In this document: positions 52,144 to 64,000 of the stretch, one piece after another | Numbering within the stretch: position 1 is the first letter of the stretch | Layout: every line of letters starts with the position of its first letter | Source of the DNA: Anaeramoeba ignava BMAN | Lineage: Eukaryota; Protista; Anaeramoebae | NCBI GenBank assembly: GCA_028826165.1 | Contig: JAPDFW010000141.1 | Location: 1-64,000, forward strand | DNA length: 64,000 bases | Direction: 5' to 3' | Notes under the pieces: generated by a model | Seen by the model: only the letters and a program-made list of their open reading frames with translations | The model's database searches: none | What the model was told of the DNA's origin: nothing | Position numbers and translations under genes: made by a program

Positions 52144-55100
52144 TTAACAACATCCTTTTCTTCCAGTTGATTTTGGTAAAGATGGTCGAATTTTTTGATT
52201 TGAATTTTGATTTTTTTGTTGATCATCAGTTATATTTTTTGGAATTTTTTTACCTTTTTTTTTAATAGATTTTTAAAATAGATTTTGAAATAGATTTTTA
52301 AATAGATTTTTAAATAAATTTTAAAATAAATTTTGAAATAGATTTTTAAATAGATTTTTAAATAAATTTTTAAATAAATTTTTAAATAAATTTTTAAATA
52401 AATTTTGAAACAGATTTTGAAATAGATTTTGAAATAGATTTTAAGATAGATTTTTAAATAAATTTTTAAATAAATTTTTAAATTAAATAGTCTGGAATAT
52501 TTACCAACTTGGTAAAATAATTCATCAATAAATTCTCCAGTTTTTGCTGAAGTTTCAATAAAAATAAGATTATTTTCAGTTGCAAAATCTTGTCCAACTT
52601 GAGATTTAACTTGTCGTTTTTCTGATAAATCTAGTTTATTACCAACAAGTGCAATAACTAACAAGTTGCAAAATAACTTTAAATAGATTTTAAAATAGTT
52701 CAGGTTTTGCTTTTTCTTTCATTTCGTTTATCCATTTTTTAGCAATTTCAAAAGAACCCTAAATATTTGGAATTGATTTGGAATTGATTTGGAATTAAAT
52801 ATTTATTTGATTTAAATATTATTTTATTTAAATATCTTTTTGATTTAAATATTATTTGATTTAAATATTATTTTTTGATTTAAATATTTTTGATTTAAAT
52901 ATTATTTTGATTTAAATATTATTTTTTGATTTAAATATTATTTTGATTTAAATATTATTTAATTTAAATATTATTTAATTTAAATATTTGGAATTGATTT
53001 GGAATTAAATATTATTTTATTTAAATATCTTTTTAATTTAAATATTTTTAATTTAAATATTTTTGATTTAAAATATTTTTGATTTAAAATAAAATTTATT
53101 TTAAATTTAAATATTATTTTGATTTAAATATTATTTTGAAATATTATTGATTTAAAAAGTCAGGATTTGTTCGAATTTCGGGATTTTGCCGAATTCTTCT
53201 TTTTTCTTGCCCCTTTCAATAAAAAAAATTGCAAATCTTTAATTAATTTTCAATTTCTGCTTTTTCGATTCCCGAAAGGGGAACAATTTTTTTTTCAACC
53301 ATCAAATTTTTTAAATGTGTTTTAAAAGAAAAAACTGGACACATTAAAAAAGTGGAACAAAAAAACCGAATTTTTTTAGATGTTTTTTTCGGTTTATTTT
53401 GAATCAAAAATCATTTTTTTTTGAAAAAAAAAAGTTCACCTTTCGAGAAAATCCCGAAAAAAAAGAAAAAAGGAAAACAAAAACCTTCTCATTCAAAAGA
53501 GGAAAATGAAAATGAAAATCAAAATCAAAATCAAAATCAAAATCAAAATGAAAATGAAATTCATTTGATTTGGGAATTCTGGGAGAAATACTCTTGAAAT
53601 TTTTTGATTAATGGTCCTTTCCTTAAAGTACTAGTGTTATGAATTTTTCTCTTTTTCATTTCCGTGCGAATTTCTTTCATATGCTTACTCCAAATTTCTC
53701 CCTTGACAATCTCTTCCCAAGGATCGTTTTTTCCAACTATGAAGCTAGTTTGAATTAAATCCTCTTTTTTATTGTACTCCAATTTTCCCTTCATATTTTG
53801 TTTCAGATTGTTTTCTTGATTGAAGATCTTTTTTTCTTCTTCTTTTTCAGTTGAATTCAAAACAATACCTTTTTCAAGACCATTTTCTTTTGGGGAAAGT
53901 TCGATTTTAGGTTTAATCGGAAAGTTCAAAAATGAGCAAATTTGGTTATTTTCTGGATCAGATTTCACCTTTTCAGAATTTGTTTTCTCTAAATCTTTTT
54001 TCTGGATATTTTCATTTTGATTGTTATTATTATTATTATTAGTATTATCGTTATTCTGGTTATCGATTTCTAAATGAAAAAACTGTTTTTCTTCTTGTGT
54101 AAGAATTCCTAAATGAGGAGATTCCTTTTGATTTGTTTCTTGAGAATTTGTGAGTATCAATTGAGAGTTTTCGATCTTTGTTTGATTCATTCTTTGGTTT
54201 TCTTCTTTCTTAATTTGTGAAGAGAAATGTGATATTTGGACCTTTCCTTGATTTATATCCAAGGAATCATTGGAAGAAAATGGTATCTCGATCTTTCTTT
54301 TTCGCTGTTTCTTTGATTTTTTCTTATTGTTATTTTTAGGTTTTTCTGCTGTTAGATTTTCCTTTCTCTTATTATTAATTTCCGTTCGAAAATGTTCATC
54401 CTCCTTTCTTAATAATTCCACCATTTGAAAAAGATCTGGTTTTGTATGATGACATTCGTCGTTTAATCGACGGTTATATCTTTCTAAAGAACAATTTGTT
54501 CTTTTCACAAATTCAGGATCATCAAAATTGGACCATAGAAAAGGAGGAAAGAGTTTGATCCAGGTTCTTTCAAAATAGTCAAAAAAATCTTCATAGTTGG
54601 GGAACTCTTGTTGAAGTTCTGCTATTTTTGTTGGAATTTGATCATGAGGAACCAAACAAAGATCATCAATTCTCTCTAAAAGAGCTGAAGAAGTATCTTT
54701 ATCCTTGAGCTGAAATTTTTTCATCTTTTCTAATCTTTTGACCAGGGCCTGTTTAAAGTGGAAATAGCAACCCTTCAAAATTTGTGGTTGAAAAACTGCC
54801 TTGATACTACTTTGAAGAGATTTCTCAAAATCACACATAAAGCATTGAGGTTTCCATCTTTGCTGAAAAAGCGATTGAATGATCCGAAAAGCTGCAGTAT
54901 ATAATGTGTGAATTTTATTAGTTAAAGCACAATACACAACAGGAACAAAGGAATTGGTTTCAGCATCGACTGTCATGAAGATTACAATTTGTTGAAAAGG
55001 TTTAGCGGCACTTAAGAATGTCCCATCCACAAATACTTGTTGATTTTGATATAGAATTTTTGCTAATTCATCTGAAAACCAAATCATAATCTTTTCCTCT

Positions 55101-56523
55101 TTTTCGCATTGGATATTTATAGAACATCGCAAAAATGTTGACTTATTTAACGTGCGAGAATAAGGATCCTTTTGAATCAGTTGGATTGCATCTTCCGTCG
55201 AATTATTTTTTCTGATCTCTCGAATTCGGTAGAAGCAAAGCTTTTGATTGGGAATCTGAACAACATTGTTATTGTTTTTAGCCCATTCTTCACTTGTTTC
55301 CTTAGCAATTTTGAAAATTTTACTTGGTTGAGTTTTGGTTTCAGCAAGATTTTCAACTGTTTCCCAGAAAGGTCCTGGACCAGATCGATTTTTACTTAAT
55401 TCTTGACATTCTTTCGAATGATTCTGACCGCCATATGGAACTCCATTCTTCCATCTCATAGTACCCCGACATTTAGGATCGGAGCAGGTGAAATATATTG
55501 TATCATTGGTTTGTTTATTGTGATGGTAATAAAATCCTGCATGAAAATAACGACCTTTGTTTTGTTTCATCTGAGATAATTGTTTGAAAAAAAAAAAATA
55601 AAAATAAAATTAAAAAAATGTTCGTTTTCGGTTTTTCGAATTTTAATTTCCCCTTTCTTGTTTATTTTTAACGACTAACAATAAAAAAAATTTCTCCTTT
55701 CGGGAATTTTCCGAATTCGGCAAAATCCCGAAATTCGAACAAATCCTGACCATACCATATTATTTTGATTTAAATATTTTTTTGGATTTAAATATTTGGA
55801 ATTGATTTGGAATTAAATATTTTTTTGAATTAAATATTATTTTTTGATTTAGATATTTTTTTGGTTTAAATATTATTTTGATTTAAATATTATTTTGATT
55901 TAAAAATGGGCTTAAATATCTACTTCATTTGTTATATCATAAACAACAAGAGCAGCAACTGCATCTCGATAATACATAGGAGTAATACTCCAAAATCTTT
56001 CTTGACCTGCTGTATCATAAATAATAAATTTTATTTCTTCATCTTCAATTTGAACAATTTTTTCCAAATTATGAACTAAATTTTACATTCATTTTAAATT
56101 AAAATTAAAATTAAAATTATAATTATAATTAAAATTAAAATTATAATTAATATTAAAATTAAAATTAATATTTAAATTACAATTAAAATTAAAATTATAA
56201 TTAATATTAAAATTATAATTAATATTAAAATTAAAATTATAATTAATATTAAAATTACAATTAAAATTAAAATTATAATTAATATTAAAATTAAAATTAG
56301 AATCAAAATTAAAATTAAAATTAAAATTATAATTAAAATTAAAATTAAAATCAATATTAAAATTAAAATCAATATTAAAATTAAAATTAAAATTAAAATT
56401 ACCTCCAATAGTAGGGAATTGATATTGAAAAAATTCATCATTTGCAAAACGAAATGTTACAGATGTTTTTCCTACTCCAGAATCTCCAAGTAAAACCAAT
56501 TTATGTGATTTTGTAAAAGACAT
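52144..56523 (-). CDS. Rab5-family small GTPase; exons about 56523-56403, 56075-55924, 52758-~52698, 52657-52505 and 52253-52144; intron 2 carries a MULE
   Basis: [28 protein letters not shown]...[14 protein letters not shown]|[29 protein letters not shown] and C-terminal GCC. The exon 3/4 junction lacks a GT donor. Confidence 0.85.
53159..55756 (-). mobile_element. Mutator-like (MULE) DNA transposon with 38-bp perfect terminal inverted repeats
   Basis: gtcaggatttgttcgaatttcgggattttgccgaattc (53159-53196) is the exact reverse complement of 55713-55750; subterminal TTTCGGGA/TCCCGAAA motifs; GC content steps up relative to the flanking intron. Confidence 0.92.
53561..55570 (-). CDS. MULE transposase (FLYWCH-like zinc finger + DDE catalytic domain), 669 aa, intact
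   Basis: [11 protein letters not shown]...NH; FVDGTF; FMCDFE; GCYFHFKQA (CxxH); FFDYFERTW; [10 protein letters not shown]. Confidence 0.93.
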   Translation of the reverse strand: MKQNKGRYFHAGFYYHHNKQTNDTIYFTCSDPKCRGTMRWKNGVPYGGQNHSKECQELSKNRSGPGPFWETVENLAETKTQPSKIFKIAKETSEEWAKNNNNVVQIPNQKLCFYRIREIRKNNSTEDAIQLIQKDPYSRTLNKSTFLRCSINIQCEKEEKIMIWFSDELAKILYQNQQVFVDGTFLSAAKPFQQIVIFMTVDAETNSFVPVVYCALTNKIHTLYTAAFRIIQSLFQQRWKPQCFMCDFEKSLQSSIKAVFQPQILKGCYFHFKQALVKRLEKMKKFQLKDKDTSSALLERIDDLCLVPHDQIPTKIAELQQEFPNYEDFFDYFERTWIKLFPPFLWSNFDDPEFVKRTNCSLERYNRRLNDECHHTKPDLFQMVELLRKEDEHFRTEINNKRKENLTAEKPKNNNKKKSKKQRKRKIEIPFSSNDSLDINQGKVQISHFSSQIKKEENQRMNQTKIENSQLILTNSQETNQKESPHLGILTQEEKQFFHLEIDNQNNDNTNNNNNNNQNENIQKKDLEKTNSEKVKSDPENNQICSFLNFPIKPKIELSPKENGLEKGIVLNSTEKEEEKKIFNQENNLKQNMKGKLEYNKKEDLIQTSFIVGKNDPWEEIVKGEIWSKHMKEIRTEMKKRKIHNTSTLRKGPLIKKFQEYFSQNSQIK

Positions 56524-56960
56524 TTTTTTTTCTTTTAAATTTTAAATTTTAAATTTTAAATTTAAAAGTTTGTGTTTGTTTTATAATAATAATTAAAATA
56601 AATTTGATTTTTTAAAAGAAAAAGTGAATTAAAATTGGAAATAAAAAAAGAAGAAAAAGAAAGCAAAAAAAAATAAAGAGAGAAAGAAAGAAAAAAATGA
56701 AAAAAAAATGAAAAAGATTTTTTGGTTTTTTTTTTTGTTTTTGAAAAATTTTTTTCTTTCATTAATTTTTCATCAAAAAGAAAAGAAAAGAAAAGAAAAG
56801 AAAAGTAAAAAGTAAAAAGTAAAAAGAAAAAAGCAAAAAGTAATGAAATGTCTTGTTCTGTTTTAATAAGTTATTTTCCAAAAAAATAATAGATCCTCAA
56901 TTTCAATTTCAATTTCAATTTCAATTTTAATTTTAATTTTAAAATTCCTATTTTTGAATT

Positions 56961-58094
56961 TTAATTAAAATTCGAACTCCAAAAATTTTGTTGTCTTGTT
57001 TGAACTTTTCGGAAAACATTTTGAAAAGGATTAACTTTAGCTAATTTAAAATAATTAAAATTAAAATTAAAATTAAAATTAAAATAATAAATAATAATTT
57101 TGATTAATAAACGAACATGTATTTGTTGATTTTTCTGGTTGTAAAACACCATTAACAGTTATATTAGAATCAGTTTTTTTTTGAATTTTTGTTCCACCTC
57201 CAATTACACCAGTAATTTTACCTAAAAAAAAGAAATTAAAATAATAAAAATAAAATGAGAACCAAATTAAAATTAAAATTAAAATTGAAATTAAAATTAA
57301 ATTTAAAATCAATATTGAAATTATAATTAAAATTAAAATTAAAATTAAAATTAAAATTGAAATTAAAATTTAAATTTATAATTAAAATTAAAATTAAAAT
57401 TAAAATTATAATTAATATTAAAATTAAAATTAAAATCAAAATTAAAATTAAAATTGAAATTAAAATTAATATTGAAATTATAATTAAAATTAAAATTAAA
57501 ATTAATATTTAAAATTAAAATTAAAATTAAAATTAAAATTAAAATTAAAATCAAATTTAAAATTAAAATTAAAATTTCATATTAAAATTAATATTTAAAT
57601 TTATAATTGAAATTAAAATTTCATATTAAAATTAATATTTAAGTTTATAATTAAAATTTACCAGTTTTTTTTACTGGTTTTTTTTTCTCAGTTCCAAGTG
57701 ATAAATCTACAAGAGAATCAACACCATCCCAAATAGAAGATTTTTTTTTTGGGTTTTCATAAGTTTCATTTTTTTCTTGAATTTGAACTTCCTGTTGAAT
57801 ATTTGAATTATTTTGTTGAATTGGTTTAATAGGTTGCATTGGTTGCATTGGTTTCATTGGTTGTATAGGTTGCATTGGCTGCATTGGTTGCATTGGTTGA
57901 TATGGTTGTGTTTGATGAATTTGTTGCTCTTTATGATTCACTGTTTTTTCCTTTTTATTACTTTTTGATTGATTTTTTCTTCTTGGTTCAAAACTCTCTT
58001 TGCGTGCTCGAGGATTGAAATCATTATCTGGGTCTTGTTGTCTTGTTGTTTTATTTGTTCCTTCATATTGAACTCCAAATGGATCGAAATCCAT
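56961..58094 (-). CDS. Small endocytic-adaptor-like protein (DPF, DFNPR, LVDL and NPF motifs); exons 58094-57662, 57221-57117 and 57040-56961
   Basis: Two phase-1 GT-AG introns join MDFDPFG...DFNPRA...SLVDLSLG...KTG|KITGVIGGG...NT|SKVNPFQNVF...*. Confidence 0.65.
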
Positions 58095-58344
58095 ATTAAT
58101 AATTTTTTTATTATTATTATTAAAAAAAAAAAGAAAATGAAAAAAATGAAAAAAATGAAAAAAAAAATTTAATAAATAATTTAATTGGGAAAAATATTTT
58201 TTTTCTTCTTTTTTTTTTTAAATTAAAAAAAAACCCCAAAACAAAAACAAAACAAAATTAAAAACAAAAACAAAAACAAAAACAAAATTAAATTAAAAAT
58301 TAAATTAAAAATCCAAAAATTAATTTTTTGATTTTATTTATTTA

Positions 58345-60808
58345 TCAATTTTTATTATTAGGTATTTCAATTCCCTTTATAATTTTTGATTTCTCTCTTT
58401 CTTCTTTTGTCATTAAATGACCAATTCTTGAATCAATTTCCAAAATTTGGAATTGAGGAATTTCTGAAATTTCTTGAATAGTTGAATGAAAATCATGCAA
58501 TTTCCCAGTTTTTGCTTCATATTTTAATGTTTCTCCTTTTGCCCAAGGATCATAAAGCAAAACTGATTGTTGTTTTTGATTTTGACTTCTAATTTCAACA
58601 TATCCTACAATACTTCTACTGTGTCCTGAATGTTGTAAAATCAATGGTGGTATTTCTTTATCTTGTTGTCTTGTGATATAATAATTTTTTACATAATCAA
58701 ATAAATAACTATGTTCTAAAATTTGATCTCTTTTTGGAAATTCATATATTTTGATTGGAATTCCAAAAAATTGAAAAAATGTTGCAAATTCAGTTGTTCC
58801 AATCCATGTATTTTTTCTTGATAAATAATTTAATGCTTTTGCTCCTTCTGGATCAAATCCTTCTCTAAATTTTTACATGAAATATTTAAATCAAAATTAA
58901 TATTTATATTAATATTTAAATTAATAATTAAATTAATATTTAAATTAATAATTAAATTAATATTTAAATTAGTATTTAAATTAATATTTAAATCAATATT
59001 TAAATCAAATATTTAAATTAATATTTAAATTAATAATTAAATTAATATTTAAATTAATATTTAAATTAATATTTAAATTAATATTTAAATTAATATTTAA
59101 ATCAAATATTTAAATTAATATTTAAATCAAATATTTAAATCAATATTTAAATCAAATATTTAAATCAAATATTTAAATCAAATATTTAAATCAAATATTT
59201 AAATCAAATATTTAAATCAAATATTTAAATCAAATATTTAAATCAAATATTTAAATCAAATATTTAAATCAAATATTTAAATCAAATATTTAAATTAATA
59301 TTTAAAATTAATATTTAAATTAATATTTAAATCAATAATTAAATCAAATATATAAATCAATATTTAAATTAAATATATAAATCAAATATTTAAATTAATA
59401 TTTAAATTAATATTTAAATTAATATTTAAATCAATATTTAAATTAATATATAAATCAATATTTAAATTAATATATAAACTAATATTTAAACTAATATTTA
59501 AATTAATATTTAAATCAAATATTTAAATTAATATTTAAATTAATATTTAAATTAATATTTAAATTAATATTTAAATTAATATTTAAATTAATATTTAAAT
59601 TAATATTTAAATCAAATATTTAAAATTAATATTTAAATTAATATTTAAATCAAATATTTAAATTAATATTTAAATTAATATTTAAATCAAATATTTAAAT
59701 TAATATTTAAATTAATATTTAAATCAAATATTTAAATCAATATTTAAATTAATATTTAAATTAATATTTAAATCAATATTTAAATTAATATTTAAATTAA
59801 TATTTAAATTAATATATAAAATCAATATTTAAATTAATATATAAACTAATATTTAAATTAATATTTAAATCAAATATTTAAATTAATATTTAAATTAATA
59901 TTTAAATCAATATTTAAATCAAATATTTAAATCAATATTTAAATCAATATTTAAATTAATATTTAAATTAATATTTAAATTAATATTTAAATTAATATAT
60001 AAATTAATAATTAAATCAAATATTTAAATTAATATTTAAATTAATATTTAAATCATATTTAAATTAATATTTAAATCAAATATTTAAATCAAATATTTAA
60101 ATCAAATATTTAAATCAAATATTTAAATCAAATATTTAAATCAAATATATAAATCAAATATTTAAATCAAATATTTAAATCAAATATTTAAATTAATATT
60201 TAAATTAATATTTAAATTAATATTTAAATTAATGATTGATTTACTTCCAAGATTTTTTAATTATATCTTGAAGTTGAGAAATAGATGAAATATTTAAATG
60301 GTGTGAATCAAATATTTCTTTATAAACTGGATAATTATATAAATGAGTTAGCATCATCTGAATATTTTTATAACCACAAGCCCAACCATAATCACTTTTA
60401 GTTGATTGAAAATGATTTGTATTTGTACTAAGAAACATTGTACAATCTGGTTGGGATTTTTGATCTTTTTCATAAGTATTTTTCATCATTTCAAGAATTC
60501 CAGAAGTTATAATAGTTTCTTTTGGAAATGATTTTGGATTTAAAAATGATCCAAAATTTTTAATTGAATTGAAAAATTTTCCAAATTCATTTTTATTTTT
60601 ATTTTTATTTTTGATTTTTATTTTGATTTTGATTTTGATTTTGATTTTGATTTTGATTTTGATTTTGATTTTGATTTTGATTTTGATTTTGATTTTGATC
60701 TTGATTTTGATCTTGTTGTGATAATTGATGAGCTAAAAGATGAGATTCAAGTTCTGATAAAGGAACAAATGAATAACATAATTCACAAAAAAATGTGTCT
60801 TTATCCAT
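58345..60808 (-). CDS. ZUP1: ZUFSP/ZUP1-family deubiquitinase with an N-terminal zinc finger; intron 58865-60244; frameshift near 60605
   Basis: CELC...HLLAH; DYGWACGYKNIQMML; SWK|EGFDPEGA; WIGTTE; PPLILQHSGHSRSIVG; LLYDP. Confidence 0.88.
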
Positions 60809-60978
60809 ATTTTTATTATAAAAAAGAAGAAAAAAAAAGAAAGAAAAAAATGAAAATTAAATTTTTTTTTTTGTTTTTAAATTTTTTTTTGTATTTGTTT
60901 TTATTCTTAAAATTTTAAAAATAAAAAATTTCATTTTTATTTTTTCTTTTTTCTTTTTCTTATTTTTAATAAAAAGAA

Positions 60979-63900
60979 ATGTTAGAATTTATTGAAGAAA
61001 CAAAAACAGAAACAAATTCAATATTAAATAAACTTTTACAAAGTATTGAAAAAGAAGAAATTGAAGAAATTGAAAAAATCATTTCGGAACATAAAAAAGC
61101 AGAAAACTTAACTGAACCACTTAATCTTAATACACCACTTCATTTTGCATGTAAATTAGGAAAAAAAGAAGTTGTTGAATTATTTTTGAAATATGAAGCT
61201 GACGTAAATTTTCAAAATGATGATAATCAAAATTGTTTGCATATCGTGACTATGAATTCAAATTCACCTCAAATAATTAATCTTTTATTATCAAAAGGTG
61301 CTCAGATTTTTAAGGATAGATTTGGTAATTCTCCGTTAATTTATTCTTTATCTCGGAATATTAATCTTGAATCAATTAAATTACTTCTTGAAAATGGTGG
61401 AAATATTAATGAAACTGTAAATAATTTTTGAAATGAATTCAAAAGAATATTAAATTGAATTGAATTAAATATTGAATTGAATTGAATATTGAATTGAATT
61501 GAATATTAAATTAAATATTGAATTGAATTGAATATTAAATTGAATATTGAATTGAATATTGAATTAAATATTGAAATGAATATTGAATTAAATATTGAAA
61601 TGAATTGAATATTGAATTGAATATTGATTTGAATTGAATATTGAATATTAAATATTGAATTGAATATTGAATTGAATTGAATTGAATATTGAATTGAATT
61701 GAATATTAAATTGAATATTTAATTGGAATTGAAATGAATATTGAATGAATATTGAATTGAATATTAAATTGAATATTGAAATATTAAATATTGAATTGAA
61801 ATTGAATTGAATATTGAATATTGAAATGAATGAATATTGAATTGGAATTGAATATTGAATTGAATATTGAATTGAATTGAAATCAAAATTAAATAAATAT
61901 TGAAATTGAATTGAATATTTGAAATTGAATTAGGTAAAATTGAATATTAAGTGAATATTGAATATTAAATTGAATATTGAATTGAATATTGAATATTAAA
62001 TTAAATTAAAATTGAACAAAATATTTGAATACAAATTAAATATTAAATATGAAAAATTGAATTAATTGAATGAATGAATTGGAATTGAATTGAATATTGG
62101 GAATTGGTGAATTGAATGAATTGAAAATTGAAATTGAATATTGAATATTGAATCGAATATTGAATTGGGTGAATATTGAATATTGAATCGAATGAATTGA
62201 ATTGAATCGAATTGAATATTGAATATTGAATTGAATATTGAATATTAAATTGAATATTGAATTGAATATTGGTGAATATTAAATTGAATATTTGAATATT
62301 GAATCAAAATTGAAATGAATATTGAATATTGAAATTATTGAATTGAATATGAATATGAATATTGAATATTGAATATTGAATTGAATATTGAAATTTGAAA
62401 TTGAATATTGGAATTAAAATAAAATTGAATATTGAATATTGAATTGAATATTGAAATTGAATTGAAATTGAATATTGAATGAATTGAATTGAATATTGAA
62501 TTGAATTAAATATTGAAATTGAATATTGAATTGAATATTAAATTGAATATTAAATTGAATTGAATATTGAATTAAATATGAATATTGAATATTTGAATTG
62601 AATTGAATATTGAATTGAATATTAAATTAAATTGAATATTTGAATATTGAATTGAATATTGAAATTTGAAAAATTGAAATTTTTAATTGAATATTGAATT
62701 GAATATTAAATTAAATTTGAATTGAATTGAATAAAATTGAATTTGTTGGATTTTTTAATATTAAATTTGTTTAATTTTTTAATATTAAATTTGTTAATTT
62801 TTAATATTAAATTTGTTAAATTTTTTAATATTAAATTTGTTGGATTTTTTAATATTAAATTTGTTAAATTAGGATAAGAAAAAAACTCCCTTGTTATTTA
62901 TCGCAATCACAAAAACAAAAGATATTGAAATTTTAAAATATCTCATTTCAAAAGGTGCAAACCCAAAAGAAATTAACAAAGATGTATCCCTTCTAGAATT
63001 AGCAATACTTTCTCATTCATCAATAGAAATCATTCAATTCCTCATCAATTTAGGAATAGATCCAAAAAGAAAATCCAGAAAAGGATTTGATTCTCTATTC
63101 CACGCTCTTAAAAACAAAAGCGAATATGAAGTTATCAAATTATTGCTTTCATACGGATTTGAAATTATGCCAAAAGACTTAAACAGAGATACACCAATCC
63201 AAAATTGTATAAGATCCAAAACAGAAATCAAAATATTAGAATTGCTTTTATCTCACACAACAAAGGAAGAAATTGAGAATTATCCAAAAGAAAATTTAAT
63301 TCAGTTTGCTCTTTCATGCAATGCATCAATCGAAGTTATTGAAAAATTGATTAGTTTTGGTGTGCCAATTAACGTAGAACATCCAACAAAAGGAACAGCT
63401 TTAAGACAAGTCTTTGAAAGGCAACTCGAGAAATCTTATATTAAAATATTGCTTGAAAATGGAGCCTTGGTCAAAGAACCCAAAAATGACGAAGAAACCA
63501 AACAAGCTTTGCAATCAACTCTTCACTCAATCATCAAATCCACTTCTGAAACTTCCTTTGTGGATTTACTACTTAAAAAAGGAGCAGTTGTTTCATCAGA
63601 ACTTATTCCAGATGCATTAAGAAATTTCCCAATGTTCGAATACATTTGCCAATTCGCGCAGCCTGATATCAAATGGGAAAACTACACATACCAATTTTTC
63701 ATCTTTAGTAAAAAAAGAACTTTGGAAGAAGTCAAGTTTTTTGCTTCACTCTTCAAAGATATCAATGTAATCGATGATACAGAACGCACACTTCTTCATT
63801 ATGCTTGCAGAAACAGGTATTTCACACCTGAAATGCTGGAGTTTTTGATTTCAAAAGGCGCAGATATAAATAAGATTAATGATTCAAGAGATACTCCTTT

Positions 63901-64000
63901 CCAATTATTTTTAACTAGCAACACACCCAAATTCTATGAAAAACATGTTGAACAATGCAAAGAAATGATCCAAATTTTTTTGAAAAACGGAGCAAAAGTG
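60979..64000 (+). CDS. Ankyrin-repeat protein (runs off the window); intron 61417-62872
   Basis: NTPLHFAC...YEADVN, GNSPLIY...NGGNINET|DKKKTPLL...SKGANP and RTLLHYAC...SKGADIN...DTPF; open frame from 62873 to the window end. Confidence 0.88.

Noticed and set aside
1-61000. Frequent 1-nt frameshifts in otherwise conserved genes (BTB-TLDc, kinesin, BEACH, USP, ZUP1, actins) as programmed frameshifting, RNA editing or mass pseudogenisation
   Set aside because: They fall mostly in homopolymer runs, often CC(A)n or (T)nGG, go in both directions and share no slippery-site structure. Long-read consensus error is the simplest explanation.
1-64000. Inteins, an alternative genetic code, tRNA or rRNA genes
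   Set aside because: I saw no Hint or LAGLIDADG motifs, or C...HN splice junctions, in the proteins. TAA, TAG and TGA all end genes normally. I recognised no structured RNA gene by eye.

Overview
Extremely AT-rich, gene-dense eukaryotic DNA with the standard genetic code, GT-AG introns and N/Q-rich low-complexity proteins. The overall style suggests an anaerobic protist such as Anaeramoeba; this is inference only. About 20 host genes are present: two tandem divergent actins, ARPC2, a BTB-BACK-TLDc protein, a kinesin-6-like motor, an ankyrin-BTB protein, tRNase Z, a myristoylated PAS-GAF protein, a coiled-coil protein, a large BEACH protein, a GATA factor, a USP, a cortactin-like SH3 protein, a membrane subtilase, an AAC4-like protein, a small hypothetical protein, a Rab5-family GTPase, an epsin-tail-like protein, ZUP1 and a second ankyrin protein. 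There is also an intact Mutator-like transposon inside a Rab intron and a ~145-bp satellite. The standout is the apparently non-coding stretch at 14.65-18.73 kb. On the minus strand it reads as a ~41-exon ankyrin-BTB gene in which each ankyrin repeat is one exon, and the beta-hairpin residues between repeats are supplied by runs of 1-4 single-codon microexons (27 of 3 nt and one of 6 nt, all phase 0, plus a possible phase-1 3-nt exon). This is a candidate codon-by-codon splicing system acting on the binding surface of a Cullin-3 adaptor. Many ORFs carry 1-nt homopolymer frameshifts that look like long-read assembly errors.
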